A DNA stretch of 64,000 bases, taken from positions 1-64,000 of the forward strand of contig NIVC01002849.1 in the NCBI GenBank assembly GCA_002269645.1, read 5' to 3'. The position numbers and the translations under genes were made by a program. The stretch is from Macrostomum lignano. Taxonomy: Eukaryota. This document shows positions 33,751 through 46,849 of this stretch, in pieces (the first letter of the stretch is position 1; each line of letters opens with the position of its first letter). The notes under the pieces were generated by a model. It did no database searches. It saw only the letters and a program-made list of their open reading frames with translations, and had not been told where the DNA came from.

Positions 33751-35252
33751 GTGCGGTGAGTTGCCTGCCCTGCGCTTAATAACCCAAACGGCGAACACTG
33801 GATTTCCCAATCAGAAGCGAACTTGTTTAAGGAAGAAACTCATTCACACCTTCAGACTGGTCAGCCCTTCTTATCCATCAACTTCTCCCTGTAGTTCTCC
33901 CGCGAATATTGTCGGATTTTTAATTAATTAATTAGACAGTCGTGCTACTCCGACTGGTGCTCAAACCGCGTTTGAGTAAGCAGTTGATTGGCAGCCAGAT
34001 CTGCTATCTTGTGCAATTATCAATTAGGCATTATGCTCAGATTGAGTCTCCGCCGCAGACTGCCGTAGCACGAGCGAACAACTTCTCCACCTGCCAATCA
34101 CAAGTCTTCCAGCTCGTCGATTTGGAAATTTGTCTGGGTTCATATCAGTGCGCGCAGACCGCCCAGTGCCGCCCTTATCAGTTTCTCTGTGCCTTCTCCA
34201 ACTAACATAAGTGCTATCGAGCAGCTACAGGCCCCTTGCTCCTGCTATTGACTTGACAGCCAGTGCCTACTAAATATATGCTAGTTACTTATATATATAG
34301 CATAATCTTTGTACATGCATATGAAATATTGCTTATAGACCGGGCTGGGTGTTGGGGGGAGGCCACGTGATCATTCAGTACACTGGCACCGATGGCCTGT
34401 GAGCATTCGGTATCCCGATATGACTCATAAAGCTGCTATACACTAACGTATACCAGTAGCTGATAGAATTGAGTCTTGACCCTGAGCCGATCTCTCCCCC
34501 TCATTGAATGCCTTTCAGACCTTCGCAGCTGCTTGTTGCAGTCTAAGGAGCAGAAGAAGAGACAGACAGGCTTAATGAGGAAAAGATGATTGATTTTGTG
34601 ATAACTTGCCGCTACGGCCTGGACAAGTTGGCTAGCTGATAATTATTGTACATAATCGCAAAAATTGTTACATTTATCTGGACTCTTGCGGCTCACCCAG
34701 CTATTCACGGCCACTGCTGCCATGGCAACACGTGTAGACACCTGCCCCATTCACAAATGGTAGTTGATGTAATGCTTTTCTCACAACTCCGCTTAAAGCA
34801 CCTGACCACTGATAGCAGCGAGCTTATATTATTAATATGGCTATTATGAGAGATGCTACAGTTTACTAATTTTTAGTCAGTCGAATAAATTATCATTTTG
34901 CTGTTATCGTGTTCGAGGCCGCTTCTCATACGCTTTTAGCTCGAACTTGCTAAATATTTTTTCTCTTTCAACAGCAGAGGCGAATTGTCGATTTGTACAT
35001 TTAATTTGTTTCGTGACAGGTTCAAGCAGCAAACTGTAGCCAACTGTAGGTCAAAATATACAGGCTTTCTGGCAATAAATTATTTCATCGGATTGCAAAA
35101 ATAGACTGATGTCAGTAACTTCTTGTCAGCTGCGTGTTGCTGAATTTGCCCACACATGCCTTGCCTGTCTCTTCGGTTCTGGAAAGCCAGCTGGAGGGAA
35201 TGATGCCAGCTACTGTAGAACGAGTGATGCCAGATATTAAAGAAACCTATAA

Positions 35253-35632
35253 AAGGAATGATGCCAGCTATATACAGTAAGGAATGATGCCAGCTATATA
35301 CAGTAAGGAATGATGCCAGCTATATACAGTAAGGAATGATGCCAGCTATATACAGTAAGGAATGATGCCAGCTATATACAGTAAGGAATGATGCCAGCTA
35401 TATACAGTAAGGAATGATGCCAGCTATATACAGTAAGGAATGATGCCAGCTATATACAGTAAGGAATGATACCAGCTATATACAGTAAGGAATGATGCCA
35501 GCTATATACAGTAAGGAATGATGCCAGCTATATACAGTAAGGAATGATACCAGCTATATACAGTAAGGAATGATGCCAGCTATATACAGTAAGGAATGAT
35601 ACCAGCTATATACAGCAAGGAATGATGCCAGC
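35253..35632. repeat. Minisatellite, 26-bp unit AAGGAATGATGCCAGCTATATACAGT, about 14 copies
   Basis: Directly visible. Confidence 0.95.
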
Positions 35633-36115
35633 TACATGTACAGAAGGAAAGATGTCGACATGTACATTTAGAATGAATGATTCCAGCTTGGAATCCTACA
35701 ATGCTCCCTCAACAGTATCACAATTGATGGGGCGCAGAATCGCGCTCTGGGGATAAAATCCCAAAACTTGAGCATTCAAAGGATCGAGCTTCCACTTGCT
35801 GCGGCGACCGAAATTCGGCATGTCAGAGCGGCCAGTCAGTTTGAAACTCGGTGCCCTCCAAAAACAAAAATCCTGGCCTTACTAGAAGTGGCGCCCAGCT
35901 TATCTCATTCCACTTGCTTCTAGGAGAAGCAGCGCAGCAAGTATTAATCTCAGATTCTGCCTCTGAAGGAGGAGGCTGGAGGGTCGCCCCCGCAGCGCTG
36001 CAGTGTTTGCTCTGTGCCACACCAGTTGCAGGCTGATGGACAGGCCAAGGGGAACTGGGGGGGGGGGCTGCAGCAGCTTGACGTGTTTGTCCTCCGCCCT
36101 TCGTATCAGCTGGCT

Positions 36116-36117
<2 letters not shown>

Positions 36118-36154
<37 letters not shown>
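36118..36154. repeat. (AC)n microsatellite
   Basis: Directly visible. Confidence 0.95.
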
Positions 36155-36156
<2 letters not shown>

Positions 36157-36674
36157 GCATGGGATCTGGGCCTGTCACAGCTTGAACTGCTGCCGCACCC
36201 AATGCAGAACACCCAGCCGAGGGGCCTTCATGGCAATAAGAAATATTGGTTCCCTTAATTCTCCTAGCTTGCATATCAGATGCGCACACATTGGCATCGC
36301 CCAGATACAATGTGTATCTTAAGCCATCGCCACAAGTTGTACAGCGCAGCGCGGCTTTTATCTGAGTTTTAGCAGGCACCCCCTCTGCAGTGTATCGAAT
36401 TATTATATTCATGCGGATTGCAGCCAGCAGCTGATGGTTCAACTAGCTAAATATACACGAGGCCAACGCAGCAGCAGCTTGCTCTGTGCTGCATGGGAAA
36501 TCAATCGGTTTGGTACACAATGGCAGGCTCCATGTGAATGCAGATAAAAGTCGTCAAAGTGCAATGACAATGTAGCGGGGGTGGTCCTTCCGAAGCATCA
36601 TGTTTGCTGTTGCTGCCACGTACCCGACTTCCTGTTCCTCTTCTAGTGCAATATTGAGCTCCATAATTACACTT

Positions 36675-36875
36675 AATGATGGGGTTGTAGCGACTCATGA
36701 CTTGAAGGTCGGAGGTTCCATTCCTGATTCCACTGGAACGATTTGTGTCAATTGAGCAAGACACAACTCTGCATTGCTTCAGTTCACCCAGCTGTAAAAT
36801 GGGTGCCAGCATTAGCTGGGGTAATTGAGGGTGTGTGGCGACCCCCCCCCCCCCAGTCCTGGACTGAACAGCCGT
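36675..36875 (+). mobile_element. tRNA-derived SINE relic with a conserved central domain
   Basis: B-box-like GGTTCCATTCC, followed by GTGTCAATTGAGCAAGACAC and CACCCAGCTGTAAAATGGGTGCC. These resemble the GTGTCCTTGAGCAAGACAC and CACCCAGCTGTAAATGGGTACC blocks of widespread metazoan SINE superfamilies. Confidence 0.55.
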
Positions 36876-37472
36876 ACGCAGCCTTCAGATGCACCGCGCA
36901 ATAGCTGCGGCTGTGCTGTTGGTTGTAAATCTGTCTCAATTGGGGCAGGTGTAATCAATTATTATTACTTACACGCGATTTGTCACCGTATTGAAAGTCC
37001 CGAAGGTTCATCAATCTGAAGACGAACGTGGAACATGCATTTTGGCCTTTTAGCGCTGCAGGCAAGATTTTTTTAGGAAACATGACCCCCCTGATTTTTA
37101 CTAAGGCCTTTACTTACTAAAGTTACTGTTCAAACCAGCACAATACAGCTTAGCACAGTCCCATAAATAAACAATTGAAAATCTATTCTAGCAGAAGATT
37201 TATGGCACTATAGCAGCCAAAGGTGGTCCACGACGAATATGTGAAATACATGTACAATATTTTCCTGTTCAATATCTGATAAACTCTGCTATGCACAGCG
37301 ACTGGGCGTGATAAAATTTATTTCATAAACATTGGATTTGACTGGCATGTAAGAATTGAACATTTTCTAACTGGATGATATTAGTGTGCACACAGCTTCA
37401 TTTGATAATATAGATCGATTAATTATATATATGCAAGGAAAAGTATCATATTCATACTGAGGCATACAAAGG

Positions 37473-37850
37473 ACTGTACAATGACTCAGATGGCTGTACA
37501 ATGACTCTGTGAGCTGTACAATGACTCAGAAGGCTGTGCAATGACTCTGTGAGCTGTATAATGACTCAGAAGGCTGTACAATAATTCTGTGAGCTGTGCA
37601 ATGACTCTGTGAGCTGTACAATGACTCTGTGAGCTGTACAATGATTTTGTGAGCTTTACAATGACTGTGAGCTTTACAATGACTGTGAGCTTTACAATGA
37701 CTGTGAGCTTTACAATGACTGTGAGCTGTACAATGACTCTGCAAGCTGTACAATGACTCTGAGAGCTGTACAATGACTCGGAGGGTTGTACACAATGACT
37801 CGGAGGACTGTACAATGACTCGGAGGGTTGTAAACAATGACTCGGAGGTC
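37473..37850. repeat. Minisatellite, 18-21-bp unit with core TACAATGACT
   Basis: Directly visible. Confidence 0.92.
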
Positions 37851-38269
37851 GGAGGTATGCGCTCGGAAGGACATGAGGTGTGTTTAAAAGCGTACTGTGG
37901 CAGTAATTCTAGTACCGTCACAGCTCCCATTCGCGCAGCGCACATGGCCATAGCAAATGCTGCAAACAGTTCCGGAGAAGCGGAAGCATTAACAGAACAA
38001 AAACAATCGCACAAAGAGCCGGATTCGATCAGAAATGCTTCATCACATTTGATTTTAGATTTTGCAGGCGGAGTGGACAAAGACTCGGCTTGTATTAGTG
38101 AGAGCCTGAATGCGTGCCTGTGCCTCCAGCCCTGAGGTTTATTTAGACTGCGGCTGTTGCATGGAGACAAGAATTTCTGCTTACAAAAAGCAAAAGTTTA
38201 CCGCTAAATCCGCCTGCCTGCAGTTTGTTTGAAGCGGTTAAAAATAGAGCATGATGACTCTGTCCACAG

Positions 38270-39040
38270 CCAAATAGGTAATTTCCTCCCAGTCATTGTG
38301 CCCATTGACACTTTGTCCCAATCATTGTGTTTATGGACACTTTGTCTCAATCATTGTGTTTATGGACACTTTGTCCCAGTCATTGTGTTTATGGACACTT
38401 TGTCCCAGTCATTGTGTTTATGGACACTTTGTCCCAATCATTGTGTTTATGGACACTTTGTCCCAATCATTGTGTTTATGGACACTTTGTCCCAGTCATT
38501 GTGTTTATGGACATTTTGTCCCAATCATTGTGTTTATGGACACTTTGTCCCAGTCATTGTGCCCATTGGCACTTTGTCCCAGTCATTGTGTTTATGGACA
38601 CTTTGTCCCAGTCATTGTGTTTATGGACACTTTGTCCCAGTCATGGTGTCTATGGACACTTTGTCCCAGTCTTTGTGTTTATGGACACTTTGTCCCAGTC
38701 ATTGTGTTTATGGACACTTTGTCCCAGTCATTGTGTTTATGGACACTTTGTCCCAGTCATTGTGTTTATGGACACTGTCCCAGTCATGGTGTCTATGGAC
38801 ACTTTGTCCCAGTCTTTGTGTTTATGGACACTTTGTCCCAGTCATTGTGTTTATGGACACTGTCCCAGTCATTGTGTTTATGGACATTTTGTCCCAATCA
38901 TTGTGTTTATGGACACTTTGTCCCAGTCATTGTGTTTATGGAAACTGTCCCAGTCATGGTGTTTATGGACATTTTGTCCCAGTCATAGTGTCTATGGACA
39001 CTTTGTCCCAGTCTTTGTGTCTGTATGGACATTTTGTCCC
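38270..39040. repeat. Minisatellite, 29-bp unit GGACACTTTGTCCCAGTCATTGTGTTTAT
   Basis: Directly visible. Confidence 0.95.
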
Positions 39041-39910
39041 CTGCCATTCTGATTTATAGATTTTCTTTTGAATATAGTCTGTAGCGAATTTGTCCAGAGC
39101 CGCTCATCACAAAGAGCTCATGCTCATTGGTACAGCGCACAGCTGACAGCGCATGCTCTTGAAGAAATCATTCCTTACATCTCCCCACCCAGGCATGCAG
39201 GCAGAACAAACAAAAGAAGAACTTTTATATTGACGTCAGCCAAATCTGTTCCACTTCAACTGTCCAACAGGGCTAGACAGAATTTTTTCAACGGGCTCTG
39301 ATGTCTATTTCGTTTTGAAAAAATGTTTCCCAACAGTCTGTGGGAGCCTAAATGGCAGCGCGGGACGCCAGCCAAAACCAAGGTGGATTCGACCAGATGC
39401 TGGTGGGGATCGAGTGGAAGAGAGGCTATGGGAGAAGCAGGAGACAAAGGGCTGCCACTTCAAGGTCCACAGCAGCTGACCTGTCCATCACAGCGGGATC
39501 CTCCCGGCTCTCAGAATCGAAGCCCATGCGAAAAACATTTTTTCCCGACAATACCCGGGGTGGGTTTGGGGTTTAGGGGATTGGGGATCAAAGGCGCCGC
39601 GCCGACAAGCAATGAGAGATCAGTAGCGGGCAGGCAGACCGGCTGCAGTGCTGCAGGGGTAGCCGTGTTGCTAAACACTGCATCTTCTACCCCAGCAGCC
39701 GGCATTCCTGCCAGCCAAGCCGCACGCACACTGCGGGAAGGTGTCATGAGCGGAAAGTTTGCTTTCACTCTTTTTCTTGTGTCTGCTGCTTTTGCCCCAA
39801 GATCCCCCGAAGCCATGGCTCAACCCAGAGAGGGGGTGGCGGTGGTTAGCCCACCTCTGACTAACGCGACAGCGCCGGGCTAGAAGGAGAAGCAAACAAA
39901 AATGCGATGC

Positions 39911-40200
39911 AATCCAGCGAATGTTTAGACTGGGCGCTGGGAGGATCAATCAAGAGTTTCAACTTGGCAATCCAGCGAATGTTTAGACTGGGCGCTGGGA
40001 GGATCAATCAAGAGTTTCAACTTGGCAATCCAGCGAATGTTTAGACTGGGCGCTGGGAGGATCAATCAAGAGTTTCAACTTGGCAATCCAGCGAATGTTT
40101 AGACTGGGCGCTGGGAGGATCAATCAAGAGTTTCAACTTGGCAATCCAGCGAATGTTTAGACTGGGCGCTGGGAGGATCAATCAAGAGTTTCAACTTGGC
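39911..40200. repeat. Five perfect tandem copies of a 58-bp unit
   Basis: AATCCAGCGAATGTTTAGACTGGGCGCTGGGAGGATCAATCAAGAGTTTCAACTTGGC x5 = 290 bp. Confidence 0.97.
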
Positions 40201-40394
40201 GTTTAAATCCTTCCCGCATGGCGACTGCTAAAAGCCTGCGTGCGTGCAGCTGTGGGTATTGATATTGGCTTGACAAGAGTGAAGAGTTGCTATGCTGCTG
40301 ATGGGGGAGCCGCGAGTCAGTGCTGTTGAAAATTTGAGTTGCTTTTTAAATGCAATTTGATTTGCTTAGACTGTCTCTGTTGTGAGTTTGGTAA

Positions 40395-42920
40395 ACCCGG
40401 ACACTAGTCTAATTAACCAGGATACGAGTCCGATAAATCCGGACACGAGTCTAAGAAAACGGGACACAAGTCTTAGAAACCCGGACACGAGTCTTACAAG
40501 CCTGGACACGAATATAGTAGATCCGGACATGAGGCTTAGAATCACGGACAAGAGTCCAATAAAGAGGCTTAGATCCGGACACAAGTCTTAGAATCACGGA
40601 CAAGAGTCCAATAAAACCCGGACATGAATCTAATAGACCCGGACACGAGTCTTAGAATCACGGACAAGAGTCCAATAAAATCCGGACACGAATCTAGTAG
40701 AACCGGATACGAGTCTTAGAATCACGGACATGAGTCCAATAAAACCTGGACACGAATCTAGTAGATCCGGACACAAGTCTTAGAATCACGGACAAGAGTC
40801 CAATAAAACCTGGACACGAATCTAGTAGAACCGGACACGAATCTAGTAGACCCGGACAGGAGTCTGAGAATCACGGACAAGAGTCCAATAAAATCTAGTA
40901 GATCCGGACAAGAGGTTAGAATCACGGACAAGAGGCTAAGAATCACGGACAAGAGGCTAAGAATCACGGACAAGAGTCCAATAAAACCCGGACACGAATC
41001 TAATAGATCCGGACACGAGTCTTAGAATTCCGGACAAGAGTCCAATAAAACCCGGACATGAATCTAATAGACCCGGACACGAGTCTTAGAATCACGGACA
41101 AGAGTACAATAAAATCCGGACACGAATCTAGTAGAACCGGATACGAGTCTTAGAATCACGGACAAGAGTCCAATAAAACCTGGACACGAATCTAGTAGAC
41201 CCGGACACGAGTCTTAGAATCACGGACAAGAGTCCAATAAAACCTGGACATGAATCTAATAGACCCGGACACGAGTCTTAGAATCACGGACAAGAGTCCA
41301 ATAAAATCCGGACACGAATCTAGTAGAACCGGATACGAGTCTTAGAATCACGGACATGAGTCCAATAAAACCTGGACACGAATCTAGTAGATCCGGACAC
41401 AAGTCTTAGAATCACGGACAAGAGTCCAATAAAACCTGGACACGAATCTAGTAGAACCGGACACGAATCTAGTAGACCCGGACAGGAGTCTGAGAATCAC
41501 GGACAAGAGTCCAATAAAATCTAGTAGATCCGGACAAGAGGTTAGAATCACGGACAAGAGGCTAAGAATCACGGACAAGAGGCTAAGAATCACGGACAAG
41601 AGTCCAATAAAACCCGGACACGAATCTAATAGATCCGGACACGAGTCTTAGAATTCCGGACAAGAGTCCAATAAAACCCGGACATGAATCTAATAGACCC
41701 GGACACGAGTCTTAGAATCACGGACAAGAGTACAATAAAATCCGGACACGAATCTAGTAGAACCGGATACGAGTCTTAGAATCACGGACATGAGTCCAAT
41801 AAAACCTGGACACGAATCTAGTAGATCCGGACACAAGTCTTAGAATCACGGACAAGAGTCCAATAAAACCTGGACACGAATCTAGTAGAACCGGACACGA
41901 ATCTAGTAGACCCGGACAGGAGTCTGAGAATCACGGACAAGAGTCCAATAAAATCTAGTAGATCCGGACAAGAGGTTAGAATCACGGACAAGAGGCTAAG
42001 AATCACGGACAAGAGGCTAAGAATCACGGACAAGAGTCCAATAAAACCCGGACACGAATCTAGTAGATCCGGACACGAGTCTTAGAATCACGGACAAGAG
42101 TCCAATAAAACCTGGACACGAATCTAGTAGACCCGGACACGAGTCTTAGAATCACGGACAAGAGTCCAATAAAACCTGGAAATGAATCTAATAGACCCGG
42201 ACACGAGTCTTAGAATCACGGACAAGAGTCCAATAAAACCCGGACACGAATCTAGTAGAACCGGATACGAGTCTTAGAATCACGGACATGAGTCCAATAA
42301 AACCTGGACACGAATCTAGTAGATCCGGACACAAGTCTTAGAATCACGGACAAGAGTCCAATAAAACCTGGACACGAATCTAGTAGAACCGGACACGAAT
42401 CTAGTAGACCCGGACAGGAGTCTGAGAATCACGGACAAGAGTCCAATAAAATCTAGTAGATCCGGACAAGAGGTTAGAATCACGGACAAGAGGCTAAGAA
42501 TCACGGACAAGAGGCTAAGAATCACGGACAAGAGGCTTAGAATCACGGACAAGAGGCTTAGAATTACGGACAAGAGGCTAAGAATCACGGACAAGAGGCT
42601 AAGAATCACGGACAAGAGTCCAATAAAATCTGGACACGAATCTAATAGATCCGGACACGAGTCTTAGAATTCCGGACAAGAGTCCAATAAAACCCGGACA
42701 TGAATCTAATAGACCCGGACACGAGTCTTAGAATCACGGACAAGAGTCCAATAAAACCTGGACACGAATCTAGTAGATCCGGACACGAGTCTTAGAATTC
42801 CGGACAAGAGTCCAATAAAACCCGGACATGAATCTAATAGACCCGGACACGAGTCTTAGAATCACGGACATGAGTCAAATAAAACCTGGACACGAATCTA
42901 GTAGACCCGGACACGAGTCC
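40395..42920. repeat. Complex satellite: 21/22-bp GGACA-core monomers forming a 64-bp trimer and larger higher-order blocks
   Basis: Monomer spacing 21/22/21 at 42071-42135. Identical spurious ORFs recur at 40758, 41384, 41818 and 42316. Confidence 0.93.
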
Positions 42921-43757
42921 AATGCGAGCAGCATGGCTTTAATTTAGTAAATAGGCACAGGAGGCACAGGAGAACATGAAAAGGACACTACGTCCATGCT
43001 ACTAGAACGCCGCATTGAGAGTCAATGTCGGACACAGCCCAATCGAGCATGAGTCATCCAAAAGGCGCTGGGTCAACTCCATCACTGACGCATTGGTTCT
43101 CCTGTACGGGGCCACTGCTAATCCATGCGCGATGCCAGTGCCGCGCGCAGAGCATTAACTGCGCCCAGGCGTATATGCGCGTATATATATACAGTGTATA
43201 TATACCGTATATGGAGCTCCCAGCCTCCCTGCTTCATCCCGACAATCAGCCGGCTGCTTGTTTCTTTGCTGGGGTCGGGGCTCGCTCCTCATGAGCCCCG
43301 ATCAATCATGGTGACTAAACGCCCCCCGCTCCAGTCCTTAATTCCTCTGTCACAAGTCGGCCCCTGCTGCCCAAAAAGATTCCCCTCCAACGGGAGCGAC
43401 TGTAGGGATCTCGGGTTGATGGGATCAGCGGGCTAAGACTGGGGGAAAGCCAGGGTAGATATTGGCTTCCTGATAGGGATTAATGGACTCAATTTCTAGC
43501 CAGATTCGATCCCCCGGGCGGGGTGAGTAACAGCGATCAGGATCGGAAAAAAAGGAGCAACAGGAGAAATCGCATTGCTGCAACACAGGCAATTTCAGAT
43601 AAAAAATTCTCATTAGAAATGATTTCGTTTGCGTTCTTTGAATAATTGGCTCGGCCAAATCAGCTGCTTTGAGTAGTGCGAATTTGGTCGCTTTGATCAG
43701 TTCAAAGCAGCTTGCTAGGATGGGAAATGCGGTCACTGAAATCACTAGTGATTTCCG

Positions 43758-44080
43758 ATTCTAGACTGAGTGAGGGTCATGACCGATTCTAGACTGAGGG
43801 TCATGACCGATTCTAGACTGAGTGAGGGTCATGACCGATTCTAGACTGAGGGTCATGACCGATTCTAGACTGAGTGAGGGTCATGACCGATTCTAGACTG
43901 AGTGAGGGTCATAACCGATTCTAGACTGAGGGTCATGACCGATTCTAGACTGGGTGAGGGTCATGACCGATTCTAGACTGGGTGAGGGTCATGACCGATT
44001 CTAGACTGGGTGAGGGTCATGACCGATTCTAGACTGGGTAAGGGCCATGACCGATTTTAGAGACTGGGTGAGGGCCATGA
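43758..44080. repeat. Minisatellite, 28-bp unit GACTGAGTGAGGGTCATGACCGATTCTA with 24-bp variants
   Basis: Directly visible. Confidence 0.93.
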
Positions 44081-44574
44081 TCTGAATGATCTGATAAAAA
44101 ACTTCTTGGTATTCTCAATCAGTCAGACTAATTTAACAACGTCGAAGCATTCTCATAGCGGGTGGCAGTTACGCAACACAAGCCTTGCCCTCACAAAAGG
44201 GCGGATTCAATAGGAGCATATCTGCAAGACAGGCGCCCAATGCAAAATTCATAATTGCGCATGCAAAAGGATGCAGTGCTCAGCTGAGCTTGGTGCTGGG
44301 GTATTTATCTCAGAGAAGCGCCTTGGGACGGGGCAGTGCCGGAGATAAGCTATAGCGGCGGAGTGACTCACCAACAGCAGCCAATTCTCTGTCACGCCGG
44401 CCATCAATCTCATGGGGTCGCGGCTGAGATGACGCATTCCATCATCATCCACTTGCAGTGTAGCAACGGTCAGCCTTATCGGAAAATCATTTTTTATTCA
44501 TTTTAAAGCCACAAACCAATTCAAGTGCTTGTGATCAGATTCCAGATCCCGCCGGCGTCTTTACGAAATCCAAG

Positions 44575-45448
44575 GTCCCGCTGGTGTCTTTTTTCAGATC
44601 CCAGGTCCCGCTGATAGCTTCCCGACCAGATCCCAGGTCCCGCTGATAGCTTCCCGACCAGATCCCAGGTCCCGCTGATAGCTTCCCCACCAGATCCCAG
44701 GTCCCGCTGATAGCTTCCCCACCAGATCCCAGGTCCCGCTGATAGCTTCCCCACCAGATCCCAGATCCCGCTGATAGCTTCCCCACCAGATCCCAGGCCT
44801 CGCTGATAGCTTCCCCACCAGATCCCAGGCCTCGCTGATAGCTTCCCACCAGATCCCAGGCCTCGCTGATAGCTTCCCCACTGTTGTGTATTGCATTGTG
44901 TATCGATGTATCGGGTGATTTGGTTTTACTGAGAGCTCAATCCATCCATTCAATAATGCTAAATTGCTTCATTTATGCGCACTGGCTTTGTGTACGTTCT
45001 ACAATGTACATCGCTCGCTTAGTTAAATATATAAGTCGGGGCTGGGCCAGTTTGAGCCCTAAGAGTTTTTTGACTAGCCTTACTAGCCTTTGACTAGACT
45101 CTTGTCAATAATCTAACACCCACCAGATCCCAGATCCCGCTGATAGCTTCCCCACCAGATCCCAGATCCCGCTGATAGCTTCCCCACCAGATCCCAGGCC
45201 TCGTTGATAGCTTCCCCACCAGATCCCAGGCCCCGCTGATAGCTTCCCCAGGTCAAGCTGATAGCTTCCCCAGATCCCGCTGATAACTTCCCCAGATCCC
45301 GCTGATAGCTTCCCCAGATCCCGCTGATAACTTCCCCAGATCCCGCTGATAACTTCCCCAGATCCCGCTGATAGCTTCCCCAGATCCCGCTGATAACTTC
45401 CCCAGATCCCGCTGATAGCTTCCCCACCAGATCCCAGGTCCCGCTGAC
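44575..45448. repeat. Minisatellite, 32-bp unit CAGATCCCAGGTCCCGCTGATAGCTTCCCCAC (22-bp variants), split by about 235 bp of unique DNA at 44882-45117
   Basis: Directly visible. Confidence 0.92.
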
Positions 45449-46849
45449 CAAAATCAGTGAAAACAAATGCTAAAAGAGCAATGCAATTAGTTTCAATTTT
45501 TACATATCTAGTCCTAATTTATATCACTGAAAAACAAAGTTGATAGACTGGAAATCAATAGACAGCGGATGATTATAGGATGGAGATGATCAAAAAATAG
45601 ATTTAGTAACAGATTGTGTAGAAAAACTCGTAGAAAAACTCGCTGTAGGAGAAATCATTACCAACACTTTCAATTTGATTGTTATTTTCTAATAAATAGA
45701 GTCCAAATCCAGCTACTTATCAGTAGCATTTTGCACAAATCAATAAAGCCCATTAGCGGTTTCGAGTGAATTGAAGCACAATGATTTCCTATAGCTTAAA
45801 ATTTGCTCAGCAGAGCAGGGTAAGGAAAGGCAAAGTGGCGCAGGAATCACAGACCAAATGATAGAACTGCGTGTATAAGGCAGACAGCAGGTTTATAATA
45901 ATAGATCTGACAGCCATAACTAGCCGACTTGAAGTCAACAAAGGAGCTCCTTATGTACAGAAAATCTATAAAATCTATGATTAGTGAGCCAGGTCGGGCG
46001 TTGGCACAGGAATCAAGTGTGTCGCGTATACTAAGTGCACAATAAATTATGTTAATTAGGCTAGTAGCAGTATGCTGGACAGAATGGTGTTAGAAAAAAT
46101 CGGTGATTACAACGCCACTACTATGTACTACTAACGCCGCTGAGAGTAAGTAGTATTGCAAGGATTTACTTACTAAGAAAATACTGCTTCTGCTACGTAG
46201 GAGCTGACAAAGAGAAATACTGCAATTAATAAGGCTTGGAGAGTCAGGGCTTGTGTACACCCTGTGTGAGGGTGGGGCCTGAGTACATATCCGTGTGCGT
46301 GTTGGTGCTCAGGGATCTGCGGCAGTGCTCGAAGCTCCCGTGCGACTAGACAGGGAGCACTGGAAATGTCAGCGAAAGCGACACACCCGGTGAAAACGTT
46401 ACCCGTGACAAGAATCGCTAAATAGTGATTGCAGACAATAAAACGCTTCAAATTGACTCTCAGGCGACTCTTTGACGACTTTATGGCGGGCGACTTGTAC
46501 CGTGACGTCTCGTCATTCTAGATTCGTCTATCTAAGAGTCACTTCTTTCCTATTTGGGGCGACGCAAGTGACTCTGGTGGGACGTTTCTTAGTCTCCCAT
46601 TTTCATCGGGACTACGTAAAGGTGGAGAACGTGAGGTTGACGAATTGACGAATAGAAAGTCAGGGCCGCTGTGCACCATGTGTGAGCGTGTGTACGAGTT
46701 CGCGCCTGCGTACAGCATTGGCGCGCTTGCATATGCCCAGGAGTCAGCGGAATGTCGCCAAAGCCTACAGCCTTCCTGCCAATTTCATTTCAATTACTTT
46801 TAATATGCTTAAACTAACAAAGATCGGACACTAGTCAATGAAAATAACA

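Noticed and set aside
37860-37990. Ankyrin-like peptide MCAARMGAVTVLELL on the minus strand
   Set aside because: A single imperfect repeat with no supporting splice structure.
38229-39059. Cys/His-rich repeat ORFs resembling zinc fingers
   Set aside because: Translation of the 29-bp satellite in three frames.
39911-42920. CRISPR-like appearance of regular repeats
   Set aside because: No unique spacers, no cas genes, eukaryotic context.
43490-43525. B-box-like GATTCGATCCC suggesting a tRNA
   Set aside because: No A box or cloverleaf could be built.
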